Assembly: GCF_964204645.1 (NCBI RefSeq)
Contig: NC_134027.1
Location: forward strand, 12,866,485 to 12,930,484
DNA from: Tubulanus polymorphus
Lineage: Eukaryota; Animalia; Nemertea
DNA length: 64,000 nucleotides
Reading direction: 5' to 3'
Translations under genes and position numbers: made by a program
Notes under the pieces: generated by a model
What the model saw: the letters and a program-made list of their open reading frames with translations, nothing else
What the model was told of the DNA's origin: nothing
Databases searched by the model: none
Shown: positions 1 through 13,345 of the stretch, piece by piece
Layout of the letters: each line of letters starts with the position of its first letter
How positions within the stretch are numbered: position 1 is the first letter of the stretch

Positions 1-53
1 CCACACGGTTACAAGTGATACATATCCAATCAATCATCATCAATAACTCTTAC

Positions 54-266
54 CTTCAATCTTTTTCTGTTCATTCTAACATACCAATTGGTAAGCTGGT
101 CAACAAACTTGATAAGTTTAGGAACTACAGTGTACAGTCTATAAGCTGCCATTTCTTGACGAACAAATTTAATGAGAGACTGGGTAAAGGAAAGAATCCA
201 GTGATCCATGTAATTAGTGGAAATGACAACTGAATCCTCATCATAGGTGAATGCAAATCCTTCTTC
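54..266 (-). CDS. IARS1: IARS1 exon, anticodon-binding domain (MDHWILSF...LTNWYVRMNRKRLK); gene continues beyond the window
   Basis: 213 nt, ttacag acceptor, GTAAG donor; NWYVRMNR motif. Confidence 0.95.
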
Positions 267-500
267 CTGTAATTAACAGTAAGCTTAATCAGGACGATTA
301 AATGCCATTGAACGTTTTTTTTGTAATGTAGAGTCAAACTTTTTAAAGTCATCATAGCTGGGACAACCATTATGCTAACACTATCCAAATCACGGCTACA
401 CTTCGTAAATTGAAATAGAAATCAATACACAAATTGGGACCCAAAAATAGTGACAACATAATCGATTTCAACTGTAGAATAACCTTATCGTATACATTAC

Positions 501-729
501 CCTTTCAAGCCTTTCAATGTTTTGCAGTAAGAAACGGTATGCATTATACCATGGAAGAAATACATCTTTCAACACATCACGTACTCCATCCTCTTTGAAT
601 CTCAGACTTTCAGCTCGTACCACAGGAGAATTGATTAAATACAATCTCAAAGCATCAGCTCCATACTTGTTCACCACTTCCAATGGATCAGGGTAGTTCT
701 TTTTACGTTTGCTCATTTTTTGACCATCC
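501..729 (-). CDS. IARS1: IARS1 exon with KMSKS-type motif ([15 protein letters not shown]...[10 protein letters not shown])
   Basis: 229 nt; KMSKR signature; donor GTAAT. Confidence 0.97.
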
Positions 730-1046
730 CTTTTAGACAAATATGTACACATATAGTGGTAATACAAATCAAGGGTTTACTGTGACACTGCTAACCCAAA
801 TTCACTGCCATTCACTGCCCATATTATGCCAAATCCACTTCCATCTGCAGCAACTCTTTACGAAATTTGCAAATTTCTTGAAATCACTTTAAATCTGCAC
901 TGGAGGCATCAGTTTAAATGATACATCTATTTTTACTGCATATTACAATAATCTCCTATGCCTGGTTTCCAGACGAGCCCCTTTGTAATGAAACTTAACT
1001 CTACACCATTTCTGGTGAGATTTAAGGATGATATATTTTGTTTCAG

Positions 1047-2286
1047 ACTAGGGGTCCAGGGACACCATGCCCACTTGGGAACTGGTTTTAAATGCTCAAT
1101 AATCGAACAATTTCAATATTCATCGCCCCCTGGTGACCATACACAAAAACCAATGACCTCGAAACTCACCACAATCATAGAATATGTCAGCAGCTACCAT
1201 TTTGTTATTGATTGTGATAACAAAATATGCCTCGTTACCAATTTAATATGGAAATACAAAGTTATTCTATTCAGTGCCCCCTGGTGACCATATTCAAAAC
1301 CCAATGACCTTGAAACTCACCACAATCATAGAACATGTCATGAACTACAACTTTGCAATCGATCATGGTAACAAGATATGCCTAGGCACCAATATAATAA
1401 GGAAATACTAAGTTATTATACTATTCAGCACCCCCTAGTGACCATATAGAATAGCTAATGTCCTTAAAACTCACCACAATCATAGACGATGTCATGAGCT
1501 ACAACTTTGCAATTGATTGTGGTAACAAATTATGCATTGGTACAAATATAATAAAGAAATACTAAGATATTGCATTATTCAATTCCCCCTGTTGACCATA
1601 TACAAAAACCAATGACCTTGAAACTCATCACAATCATAGAACACGTTATAAGCTACACTTTTCTTATTCAAATTATGCTGAGGTATCAATATAATGTTGA
1701 AAAAATTTTTTCCACTTATGAATGGGTACTGATGACACCAAGATGGCCGCCAATTGCATCATAATTGGCCAATCAAAATTACCTGTCTGATGTATTAAAC
1801 ATCCCTTTCCAAAGGATACCCATCAGCAATTGCAATGAGAAATGGCAAACCAGTAGGAAGCTACAGGACTCAAAATTCGGGCAAAAATTGACATTTTTGG
1901 GCACTAATAAGGTCATAGGACGGCCATCTTGAGTCCGATCGACCCAATTTTTGTTATGCTGATTGGCCCTGGGAAGATTCAAATAAATACGAAAGATCAA
2001 GCAATGACCAAAGCGTCTTCAAAATTTCCCTCCAAAAGTTCAAAACGTGTTATAAGTGCTGATTTTGGAACACAACAATGGCTGCTAGCCGGCCATCTTG
2101 ATTCTGACAGGACAAGTTTTTGGGCCAAAGATGTGTCTAGGGTAGATACATGTGTAACCCAAATATCAAGATATTACATTGAAGCGTCTTCAAAACTTCC
2201 CTAAGTAACTGGATATGTCTACGGACAGACGGACGAAAAGTGAACGCAATAGCCCCGCTGAGACTTAAGTCCCAAGTGGGCTAATA
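1047..2286 (-). mobile_element. Helentron-type non-autonomous element (HINE) with internal ~154-bp tandem array
   Basis: Subterminal inverted motif gcccacttggga (~1069) / tcccaagtgggc (~2270); terminal hairpin; GGAC microsatellite near 2222; four ~154-bp units at 1131, 1282, 1436, 1590. The layout resembles known HINE/pearl/DINE-1 elements. Confidence 0.75.
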
Positions 2287-2324
2287 AAGAAACTACTGGC
2301 TGGAAAAAGATAGAGAAGACAAAT

Positions 2325-3410
2325 AAATTGCTCATGGGCAACGTCCTGTTTACCTTGAAAACTGAAGCCTGTTTGGCAAGGGCATTGCTTATGAAAAATG
2401 TTTTTAATTCGTGAAATCAAAGTGCTATCATTTTATCTTATCTTTTTGAAAGTATTATTTTGTAGTCAACTCAAGGGCAACATATACATTTCTTTACGGT
2501 CCACATCTAACATTTCATAGGGTACAGGTTGGCAGGAAAACTATTTCATATTTGAAAAAAGATATTTTGCACAAAATGAACAATATTCGAATAAAATTCA
2601 TATATCACAAATCAGATGGTGGCTAAATTTTGAGTCATGACAACCATTTCCAATGTATGGCCGCGGAAGCTAGTAACATACTGGTACTATAATAAAAAAT
2701 CGGGGTTTGTAAGTAGATCGTTTCAAATCCTGGATTTTACAACTAAAATATTCAGACTTCGACCTATACCTATAGTCAAGCAGCATTACAGTATCACTAT
2801 ATACTGTGTATACTGTAGTAGTATGAGCATTGTGTGTGCGTGCGTGCGTGCGCGCGCGAGCGCGTGTGCAGTCTAATGATTAGCATTCGCGCGCACGTGA
2901 AGGCCTCATGTGTGAATGTTCACTTACACTTCAATGTCAATCAAAATAATCACTGGGTATCAAAATGAAACGATACCTACGGCGTTTATGCAAAATAATT
3001 ATATTCTCACCAGCAATGAGCATTTGGAATTCGTGAGCGCACGGCACCTAGTCCAATGAAACGTTCGCCATTTTGGCTTTCCCATAATTATTCTAGTAGC
3101 GCCGGAATTCCCCGTATATCCCCAAAAGAGCCAATCACATTCGCTCGCAGAGACGACGCCACCCAATCGAGGTCATTGTGATTTTATATGCAAGGGCTAA
3201 GAATTTACCCGCCAAAAACAGTTTTTCGAATTTAAACAAAGTTGACCATGTCATCAACGGAGGTTCCCCATGTCTTCGATCGCATCGATTATACGTCGTT
3301 TGGGCCGAGAACCAATGAAACAAATGCTCACAAAAAAAACCTACCGTGATTTTACATAATTGGCTCAATGCCAACTTCAATATCGCTAACAAAGATAAAC
3401 CAAAAACTCA
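2325..3410. repeat. Dispersed ~1-kb repeat, probably HINE; other copies ~10430-11550, 36600-37160, 38600-39140
   Basis: Shared blocks such as ggtacagg(t/a)tggca, tatggccgcggaagcta and aataattatattctcaccagcaat occur in the same orientation; tgc(t/c)c(a/g)tgggca end hairpin. Confidence 0.7.
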
Positions 3411-3429
3411 TTCTGAAAAATATACTTAC

Positions 3430-3516
3430 GATGCAAGAACTAATCCATTTACTATTAGATTCTTGAATGGTGGCTTATCAAACAAAGCCGTAGATAGTAC
3501 CAATAGTGTATAAAAC
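3430..3516 (-). CDS. IARS1: IARS1 exon ([29 protein letters not shown])
   Basis: 87 nt, tttcag acceptor, GTAAG donor. Confidence 0.96.
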
Positions 3517-3812
3517 CTGAAAAATACATTGCACAACAAAAGAAATGAAATCCATAGAAAGAATATTCTACTTATCTACTCAGTAAAATGCCTTTTTAAC
3601 AGTGGCTTTGGCATGCCCACGCCAAATCAAAAGGGAACCCTTCAACTTGCAAAGGCCAACATTTTCACCAGACTTGCTAAAACATACATTTCATACAGCA
3701 GGCCCAGTGGAGAACTGATTGTTCACTATAAAATCCACTTAGTAGAAACAATCCACCAAATACAAGTTCCTAGAATGGTAACAAGACAGAACATCAAAAT
3801 CACACAACATAC

Positions 3813-4007
3813 CATCCTCTGGTCTGATCGATGCCTTCTGCGATGAAATCTGCAGGGAAATTATCATCGAATTCCCTTTTATTTTCAAAAGGATAGTGCA
3901 CTTGAGCGTAAGGCATACTGCCGCTCTCAAACCAACAATCAAAGACTTCATCAACGCGATGTAGGTACCCTTTTCCAAGTTTTGAAGGGATCTTAATTTT
4001 ATCAATG
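3813..4007 (-). CDS. IARS1: IARS1 exon ([16 protein letters not shown]...[12 protein letters not shown])
   Basis: 195 nt; conserved IleRS motifs; canonical splice sites. Confidence 0.97.
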
Positions 4008-4179
4008 CTAAAAAGAGAAATAGGACAGCAATCGTGAGGATAACATTATAAATAGGTCCGAATGAAATATAAGTACTTAACTTCATAAATGACATATGTA
4101 AATGTACTTTTTCACATACATCCACATGGGGCAATACAATAGGCTCAGCATGTCAACACACAACATCCCAAATATTTAC

Positions 4180-4380
4180 CTTTCTCTGTGCAGATCTTTG
4201 ACATCAATCCCGGTTAAATTCTTAAGTTCTGCAATCGATCCAATACAAACAACTTCTTCGCCATCATCACTCATCCACAAAGGGATGGGAGTTCCCCAGT
4301 AACGGTTTCTTGAAATAGCCCAATCTCTGGCATCACGGAGCCAATTAGCAAAACGTTTCTCCTTTACAAAATCGGGAACC
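4180..4380 (-). CDS. IARS1: IARS1 exon ([10 protein letters not shown]...[15 protein letters not shown]...DLHRE)
   Basis: 201 nt; [15 protein letters not shown] motif; canonical splice sites. Confidence 0.97.
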
Positions 4381-5465
4381 CTGAAATTCAATGTATGAAG
4401 TTTGCTTCCATTCTTTAAATTCATATCATCTTCCAGATTGTACATATAGATTTTGGGATGAACAAATCATGAAAGAGGTTCATGGACACCATGCCCACTT
4501 GGTGCAATGCTGACATTTTCAATATTCAATGCCCCCGGTCATCAAATATTAAGGATAATGATGTTGAAAATCAATTGAAGTTATGAAATGTGTAAGAGGT
4601 ACCAATGAAAATATAAGGAAATATCCATAGGGGCTCATATTTGAAGTTTGGGGTTCTTCAATTTAAATTCGCTACTACTCCTGAAATCTCCAAAGGATTT
4701 CCGTGAAATCCGTTTAAGTTGTTCAAAACATCCTACATTTTCATAATATGTCTACTTGGGAGGCCATTTGATAATGTTTCACCACTCGAAAACGCGATTA
4801 AACACGTCATCAATCGAAGCAAAAAATCTTATATATTGTTCATAACCAGAATTTATTCATCAAATGAATGTATCCTGAGCTTAGGAGAGCAAAATTTGCA
4901 GAAAAACGGAAAACTAACTGAAAAGATACAAATGCAAATTCAAATTAAGTTTTATTGCGCAATTGTTGATAGGGGGATCAAGGGGTTACGACAAACCATA
5001 GAGTGGCTGTGGAGCTGTCACAATATATGCGCACACGCATGCCCGCCCACCCGACGTGTACGACAGACACAGGGGCAACAACACCGATTGTGTCCTACGG
5101 GCGAGGGGTAAAAACTCCATCAATAATTGGTGTCAGTATTGCGCTATTACATCAAGGGGGCAACCGACAGTGCTTGGTGGACGTTGGACAGTGCAAACTA
5201 GAAGAATACGATGTCCTGCCTCCACCAGAGAGACTTAATGAAGATATCTGATGAAAATAAGATAGGTGCTGAAAACCTATTCAGCACATAAAATTTCCCT
5301 TCCTAAAGTACACCCACGTGAAATCTAAGTCTAATTTGGAAAATTACAATGAAGATACAGGTCTCAGAATTCAGCCCAAAAATGATCCAAAGACCATAGT
5401 GTTGTAAGAAGTCTAGTTTGATGAGATTATAATACAAGAGATTATGCCTTCAAATTTCAACTTAC

Positions 5466-5564
5466 CAGTAAGTTTCCTTGTTATTTGCTAGCAATTTTTC
5501 TGTCATATGTTCAACTCGCACAAACCAACTTGGCACAGCTTTATAGATAAGAGGAGTCTCTGAC
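5466..5564 (-). CDS. IARS1: IARS1 exon (SETPLIYKAVPSWFVRV...ETY-W)
   Basis: 99 nt, ctccag acceptor, GTAAG donor. Confidence 0.95.
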
Positions 5565-5725
5565 CTGGAGAAGAATGTTTATATTACATGTAATTAGATT
5601 ACAATTGTCATGTAATGAAACTTAAACCCATTCGTGGCTGTGAATTCATGTTTTTCTTCCAAAATAACGATTGCCAAAACATTTTGCTGACAAGTCAACA
5701 AGTGTGGCTTTAGGTTCACTAACAA

Positions 5726-6265
5726 CAGTGTTGTCAAAATGTGCCAATAACCAGTAAGTTTAACTGTCCAGACAATTTTCAGTTACTGGCCAGCAAAAAA
5801 TTTTTTCAAAAGATTATGTTCTTTTCGCCACTGTATAGAACTGCCATCTGCTGGATTTCCTGCACCACTGTCAATGGCAAAGAAAAGCTGACAATCGTCA
5901 TTGTTGTCATTTTGTAACAACAATCTGAGGTCAGTTGGCAGCAAATAAAATGATCATTTGTTTTTAATAAACAGGCAACAATAGAATCAATATATGATAG
6001 CATATTCAATTCAAAATTGTTTCATTAGATCTGGTTGCTAACAATCAGTGGCAATAGATTCATCCTTTTTGGAGAATTTACTCGGCTGATGTATCAGTAC
6101 CACTCTTAATTAAGGCTTAAGAATTGATTGCATGAAAATACCACAAAATCAAAATTTCCCCTTGATCATGGGGAGCAACATCCGCCTCAAGCTCCCCCAA
6201 GCGCTGCTGGCGGATCTGTCACTGCTTTGCCTTATCTCCCAATCAGTTACATTTTGACAACACTG
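5726..6265. mobile_element. hAT-like MITE
   Basis: 17-bp TIR CAGTGTTGTCAAAATGT / ACATTTTGACAACACTG; flanks aacaa / gacaa (possible imperfect 5-bp TSD). Confidence 0.75.
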
Positions 6266-7499
6266 GACAAGCCGATACATCAGATTCACCAGACATTTGA
6301 GCAAAGACATTACAAGGTCAAATAGTATTTCGATTCAAAGATGACTGTGCCCATAGTACTATGATTGGCGAAATGGTTCTCAAACAGAGATTATAGAATT
6401 AGGCACCAGTTACTGACAAATTTTAGCCTTTGACAATTCTGATGTGGCAGACTCTTCAATGTGACATGAGCATACCTTTGTCAAAAAGGAAAATTTCAGT
6501 TTTGAATCCAGGAGAAATTTTTAATTCATAACTTCTCATGTAGATGGCAGAATAGTATACCAATGTCGGTAGCTGTTCTACTGAGATGAAGCGTGTCTAC
6601 AGTGAACCACGAATGGTGATTTAGGATTTTGGCGGTATACAGAGTATGGCGTTATACCGGAGGTTTATATTGAGTAGTGAACCAGGACAAAATACAATCT
6701 TGCTGCATGTTTTCAAAACCCAATAATATATTAGACTAGGGGACTTAATCCCAATACACTGTGTTGATAACAAATGGGTTAAATAATTCAATCAAAGACT
6801 AAAGACTGTGGAGTTGGAACAATATCTGTCAAAGAACGGATGGGGACAGAAGCTGACAATACCCCTCGCTGCCTATAGCTGAGGGGTAATGATGTGTTTC
6901 AGCAACAAAAAATAGCCGCCAGTTGGCAATCTTGAACCCGACCAGACCAGTTTTTGGGCTGCACGTGTGTCTGGGTTAAACACATGTATAATCCAAATAT
7001 CAAGAAATCCCGTGCATAAGGCAACCACAGAAATGTCGTTAACAAAACTTAAGCAAAAAAATTTGTGATTGTATGAATCAATACCCAGTGATATTTCAGC
7101 AATCACTAATAGCCACAAGTTGGCCATCTTGAATCGGACCAGGCCACTTTCTTGGCTGCACGTGTCTGGTTAAAATACATGTATAACCAAATATCAAGAC
7201 AAACCTCGTGCGTAAGGCAACCACATGGGCAAATTTTGGAAACAACTTTAGCAAGAAATTGCGCGATTGCATGAATCAATAAAAAGTTTTGATGGTGTTA
7301 AGCTATACAAAGGAGATTTACCTATACATTAGAATGGAGATGTACCTCAAAATGTTTTGGCAGTGATATTAAGCAGGGGAAGGGATGGCATTATCCCATT
7401 GACATAATAACAAATTCAGGAAAAATGGCATTTAGATGGGGAGTCATTTTTCAGGTTTTGACAGTATACTTTTCCATTCACCATATAGAGGGTGGTATA

Positions 7500-8092
7500 C
7501 TGTAAAAACCGGCGTATAAGTCTACGCGGCGTATAAGTCGAGGTCGATTTTTAGACCTACATTTCATGATTTTAACATATATCCGGCTTATAAGTCGAGT
7601 CCCTTCTCTTAGAAGAATAATTACTTGTATCATTATTTTGAATAGTTTGTTTTGATAACGATGTGCGCCTTCACGCACGCCGCCGCGCATCAGCCTGATT
7701 GCTGCTGTGTGTTAAACAATAGACTGTTACACACACACACTCAGGTATACACTACCATACTGTGATATAGTAGTGCGAGTCACATGCTATATATAGCCTA
7801 ATGTATTAAGCGCTGCTATGAGCGCGCATATATGAATACATCGTTTTAAAATGAAGCTGTGTCAAAATGAAACAAGTTTTTTTTCATTAAATAACTTTAT
7901 TCATCATGAATAATTATTCAAACTGTTATAGCAGTGAGAAGATGAACACTGTCGTTTTTATCTGGTAGAATCAATATTTCTTGTGACCTGAAAATACTTA
8001 TTAGAAAACTGTACTCGGCGTATAAGTCGAGGTCAATAATTTAGTGGTAAAATCAAGGGTTAAAAACTTGACTTATACGGCGGTTTTTACGG
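7500..8092. mobile_element. Tc1/pogo-type MITE
   Basis: TIR C(T/C)GTAAAAACCG(G/C)CGTATAAGTC, flanked by TA on both sides; internal repeats of ggcgtataagtcg. Confidence 0.8.
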
Positions 8093-8317
8093 TACTGAGA
8101 CAGATATTGGAAGTTGTTCTGCAGAGGGATAAGTCAGATGTGGAGGGAAATTCTAAGTGCTTATGGGTCAATACTTCGAATGCAATAGACACTAAAGATG
8201 CAGAAGCCACATGAGCAACAGAATTCTTTATGATCACACATTGTTAATGTTAAATATCTGTAAATAGAGATTTAATGTTGTATAATGTTGATGAATGGGC
8301 ATAATGCATGTACATAC

Positions 8318-8409
8318 CGCCAGCAAAAAGGGTAGCTATGCTTTATTGTGCCTTGATGAACCAATCTACCATTTCCTTTCATATGTTTTATGATTGCCTT
8401 GTCAGCATC
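8318..8409 (-). CDS. IARS1: IARS1 exon ([16 protein letters not shown]...HSYPFCW-R)
   Basis: 92 nt, ttttag acceptor, GTATG donor; HSYPFCWR motif. Confidence 0.95.
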
Positions 8410-8967
8410 CTAAAATTATATATCCACTTCAAAAAGGCAGAAACATTCAGAGGAGACAATTCCATGGCTGTTTTAATCACGAAACACGGTGAGTAAAAGA
8501 AAAATCAAGAAGAAAAATCAAGCAGTACGCTGTATTGGTTGGTTGTTGATCATGATTATAGATTGTGTGGTGGGTATTAAAAACAAGAGGGGAATTATGG
8601 CCAGCCTGTAATATTTAATTTTCATGAATGACGCACTGGATTTGTGTGTTATATCTGTCAAAATACACTATCTGCTTCCATGTAATTTATACAGGACAAT
8701 CATTTTTTATAGTAAAACTGACAATGAGATGTTTAATTGATTTGAATGTTTAATAGAATTGAATCGGATTTGATGAGGTTTTGTTCATTAAAATAAAGCA
8801 GAATTGGATTTTATTTTATCACGTAGAATAAAATTTGATTGAATTTGCAATACAAGCACATGGCTGATTACATGTACAGTACTTCTATCAAATACATCAT
8901 CCAAAACCTCATGAACAATTGTTATCACCATTTTACATATTTGTATTTCTAATTGTATATCACTGAC

Positions 8968-9090
8968 CTTCACATACATGCCCGAAAAGTCTGTCACTTC
9001 TTTCATAAATCTTCCGCTTGCATCCACAGGGCATATCATTTCCATATCTTTTGTGATAACTCCATTCGCTAAACAAACTCGGTAATCATC
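8968..9090 (-). CDS. IARS1: IARS1 exon (DDYRVCL...CPVDASGRF...MYVK)
   Basis: 123 nt, atcag acceptor, GTCAG donor. Confidence 0.95.
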
Positions 9091-9191
9091 CTGATGATAA
9101 AGATTTAACAAAATGATAATAATCCTAAATTAATAAAACATGGCTTACACTGGCGCGTGATATAAACATGCAAGAGTATGTACATTCATAC

Positions 9192-9287
9192 CTCACCAAA
9201 ATATGGGGCCTGATGAACGACGCCGGTTCCACTTTCTGCAGTGACATACCCATCAATCAATACCTGAAATGCTCCTTTTGTTTTCAG
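9192..9287 (-). CDS. IARS1: IARS1 exon (LKTKGAFQVLIDGYVTAESGTGVVHQAPYFGE)
   Basis: 96 nt; GTGVVHQAP editing-domain motif; canonical splice sites. Confidence 0.96.
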
Positions 9288-9704
9288 CTGAAATAAATTC
9301 AGGGAGTAAACATAAATGACTAGTGGACCAAAGGTATTGAGGCTCGAAGTATAAAAGCTTGATCAAAAATAAGGCACGGTATCGATTAAGAGTGGATTCG
9401 ATAAGAGGGGATGAAAATTTTGAGACAATACTTCAGTAACGTATATGTTCAAGTGAAGCTGAAAAAAAAATCAACCAAAAAACCATGGGTCCATTAGGAT
9501 CAACTAAGTACATTTTTCTGAGCACAAAAGTCGTTTTATTCTGGGATTGATTTGCATTAATGATGAAATCTTGGCACAAGTGTGTAAGCATGTTCAATTT
9601 TAATGGTGATGTGTTTTCCCCATGACTCACCTTCTAAGAGGTGCGATTAGAAAGCACAATAGGGAGCATATATTGGTTACTGGAAAAGTGATAAAGCGAC
9701 TCAA

Positions 9705-9760
9705 CTAGTAGCTCAGAATGGTTGATGGTGCGAATATAACTAGTAGGTTCGAATCCTGTC
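9705..9760 (+). repeat. tRNA-derived Pol III head (SINE-like)
   Basis: A-box-like TAGCTCAGAATGG and B-box GGTTCGAATCC; no complete cloverleaf. Confidence 0.45.
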
Positions 9761-11786
9761 AATGCAATACATGTGTTTCAATTCCCATCATTTTGAATAG
9801 CATAGGGAGCTTGTGCAGAAAACCTGTTATCGCTGGGAAATTCTCATCCCTGATTATATTTTTGATGGATTTTGACAACTTTCACAACATAGTCAAATCT
9901 CTAGATTCATTTCTTAAATTTGCAACATGGGAAATATTGAGCTATTCAGGACATACATGAAACATCTTGGACTAAAGGCGTACGTATCATTTGCCCTACT
10001 ACCTGTGAAACAATATACACAATGAAATTCCAGCGAAAAATTCCTAATCCCTATATATTCCTATACTAAATACATCGCCTACTTGGTACCGTTCTCCCCG
10101 GTAAACCACCTTCCTCTTACTCGGTGGACTTCATGGTCAAATCCATCCTCTGCCCTTGCTAACTTTTTAAACTGACCTTGTGTCAACAGAAATGAAGCAG
10201 TCTATTCCCGTTGAACACGAATCTCTACGGCTGAGTGGTATCAAATGTGATGATGCTATACATGTAGTTTAAAATAAAGTATCTTTATCATTGTCTTCAC
10301 AAGACATTTGATGTAGCAGTGAAAGTAAGATGTTTAAATGCATAGAACAATTTCCATAGATCATCAAAAAATTAATGAAATACATTTTTTTCTCCGTTTA
10401 TTTCTACTCTCCAACCGTGATAATTATTCCCGTGATTATTTGTGACTTCAAAGTTCTAGAAGTTTATATTGTATTTTATCTTTCTTAAAGAATTATTTTG
10501 TAGTCAAATAAGACCAAAGATAAACATTTGTTTATGGTCGGTCTACGTCCAAAATTTCGTAGGGTACAGGTAGGCACGGCATTGGAAACTATCTTATATT
10601 TTCAAAAAATATTGAAATTTTTCACAATATGAAAAAATATTTTTCACAATATGAAAAAATATTCAAATAAAATGTCACATATCAGAGGGTGGCTGAATAT
10701 TGAGTCTTGGAAACGAAATTTCTTCCAATGTATGGCCGCGGAAGCTAAAACCGGGGCGTAGTATTAGATCATTTAAATCCTGGAATTGACCACTACAATA
10801 TTCAGACCTCGACCAATACCTATAGTTTGCTGCTTAGTATTTTCAGGTCACAAGAAATTACAATTTATTACAAATTCTATCAAACAGAAAACATAGCGCT
10901 CATCTGCTACAACGATTATTCAGCCTGTTATCATACCAAATGTGCATGCGCCAATCAGCGTCACAGCATCACCATATAGTAGTCTGTATGAGTGTGTTTG
11001 TGTGTGCAACAGTCTAATGTTAGCGCTCCCACGCACGTGGAGGCGTGTAGTGAACTTTCGCTTTACTTCAATCTCAATAAACACAATCACCGGGTATTGA
11101 AATGAAACAATACCTATGGCGATGTGAAATAATTATATTCTCACCAGCAATGAGCATTTAAAATTCGCACATATACGGCACCAAGTCCAATGAAATGTTC
11201 GCCATAAATGGCTTTCCCATAATTATTTTAGTAGCGCCGGATTTCCCGTCTATCTCGAAAAACAACCAATCACATTTGCTTGTAGAGACGACGCCCCGTA
11301 TCAAAGTCATTGCAATTTTATACGCAAGAGCTAAGAATTTTCCCGCCAAAAACAGTTTTTCGTCGAATTTAAACAAAGTTGACCATGTCATCGACGGAGG
11401 TTCGTCATGTCTTCAATCGCATCGATTATACATTGTTTAACCCGAGAACCAATGAAAAAAACGCTCACATAAAAAAATGTACCAGGATTTTACATGAATT
11501 GGCTCAATGCCAACCTCATACTGCTGACAAAGGTAAACCAAAAACGGACCATGTATTAATATTATAAGTCTATTGATTTTCTCTGCACTGCCTATGTAAG
11601 GACAACCCCTCGAGGTCCTGCCACAACTTAATGTTCTGATAATATTTCCCCATAAGCTATTAAATGGACCTGAATGAATCGATAATGCCTAATAGACCTG
11701 TAAATTGTCATATATTTTATGTAAGATGAACATTACTGATAAAAATCTTAACCTTCCCCGATCTCTAAGTCGGTTAACTCAGTTAA

Positions 11787-12627
11787 AGCAAGAGCCCCAA
11801 GGGGCACTATGGCCAGCCTGCAAGCTTTTCATAAAATAGCAAATGATGCATTCTGAGGGTTAGATTTTTCAAAACATAATCGTGTTTTCAAAAGTAGCAC
11901 AGACAACGACTGGAGCTGGCAGGAACAAACACCTCAGATAAATCTTTTCCCTTGGTCTTATTGACTTATAGAATTGAATTTTCTGAAATTTGCTCAATAA
12001 AGTAAAATTGAATTGGATTTGATGTTTTTATTTGTTCAATAAGGTAAAACTGAATTGGATTTGAAATTTCTTGCAGAATGAAATTAGATTGAATTTGCAG
12101 TTCGAGCACATGGCTAATTAGCATATCAAGGTAATCCATCCGATTTGAGGAAAAGCTATTTTTCCCGGACTTTGCACAATTGTCAATGATATTTTCTGTA
12201 GTGCAAATAAAAATATTCCTCCCAAAAACCAAATCAACTAAAGATTTCACAGAAATCGATCTTCATGTACAATTTCAGATCTTAGAATAAAACCCGGAAG
12301 TAAAACGGTAGATGATACCGCGGGTTCACGTGAATATCTGCTGATCTCTGCGGCTAAGCCAATCAAAGAGTCTTTGCTTTCTGATTGGGTTTTTAAAGCA
12401 GATACTTTTGTGATCAGATTTTCGCAAAAAAAGCTCACATAAATTCTAACAAACCCTCTTTCAAAATTCAGCTTCATAGATTTTCGAGAATGGATAATGC
12501 TTTAATGAAGGATTTGTATGAATATATGCCCAGTTGCACAGTCAAAGAGCCTTTGCTCTTGAAACCATGTCATTTAAATTCACTCCATTTGTATAGTAAT
12601 AGGCTCAGCCTATGGCTGGCCTAAAAT
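11787..12627 (-). mobile_element. HINE copy A (~840 bp)
   Basis: Ends caagagccccaaggggcactatggccagcc and aggctcagcctatggctggcctaaaa; closely similar to 13346-14185. Confidence 0.8.
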
Positions 12628-12775
12628 CACAGTCCAAATAGAGGTAGGTGGAGTGTACTTTATCTAAGAACTTTAACAACCAGCCTTGTGGACCAAATAT
12701 ACATTTAAAACTAATTCTGAAGTTGTGAGGGATTACTTCTCCTAGGAACCAAGTGGGGAATCGGTAAAAACTTAC

Positions 12776-12921
12776 ATGCTCATAATAAGGGAAGAGAGGT
12801 TTGTATCTGCGTCCCTTTAAAGTGCTACCCTTAAATGTTGCAAGGATTTCACATTCATCTGATTTAAATAGGGCCTCAAGTCTTGCTTCCATCATTATAT
12901 AAACATTGTTTGTTTTCTTAT
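12776..12921 (-). CDS. IARS1: IARS1 exon (DKKTNNVYIMMEARL...YKPLFPYYEH)
   Basis: 146 nt, ttgcag acceptor, GTAAG donor; phases consistent. Confidence 0.94.
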
Positions 12922-13126
12922 CTGCAAAAAAATGTACTTTTTTGAATCAAATATTGGACAGTCGATTCTTTTCAGGATTTTTAACTGGAATATTCCTTCC
13001 TAGAAAAGAGAGATTTTTTTTCAAATTTCCAAAAAAATGAAAGGCCCGAAGTCTTCTTAAGATTCTAAAATTCAATTGATATGATAATAAACAATGGACT
13101 TGAGGGGTCATCTATCACCTACGTAC

Positions 13127-13255
13127 CTTTGACTTTGCAATACTGCATGTCTGGGTTAACACATAGCGACAAATTACTTGGTAACGTCCATGGGGTTGTT
13201 GTCCAAGCTATCAATGCCACATTTGGTTCATCTTCCAATGGCATCTGGACAATAA
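13127..13255 (-). CDS. IARS1: IARS1 exon, CP1 editing domain ([13 protein letters not shown])
   Basis: 129 nt, tttag acceptor, GTACG donor; threonine-rich editing-site motif. Confidence 0.96.
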
Positions 13256-13345
13256 CTAAATAGATAAAAATCATTGGTAGCATAGCCATTTAAAGGGTCA
13301 TTAGTTATTGAATAATTGTTTAAGCCGGAGCCACACTTATTCATA

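Noticed and set aside
3739-4134. Long ORFs overlapping IARS1 exons in other frames or strands (also 15-233, 125-388, 4102-4302, 13081-13263)
   Set aside because: Shadow frames of real exons.
9705-9760. Functional tRNA gene (also 44180-44240)
   Set aside because: A and B boxes are present but I could not form acceptor and anticodon stems.
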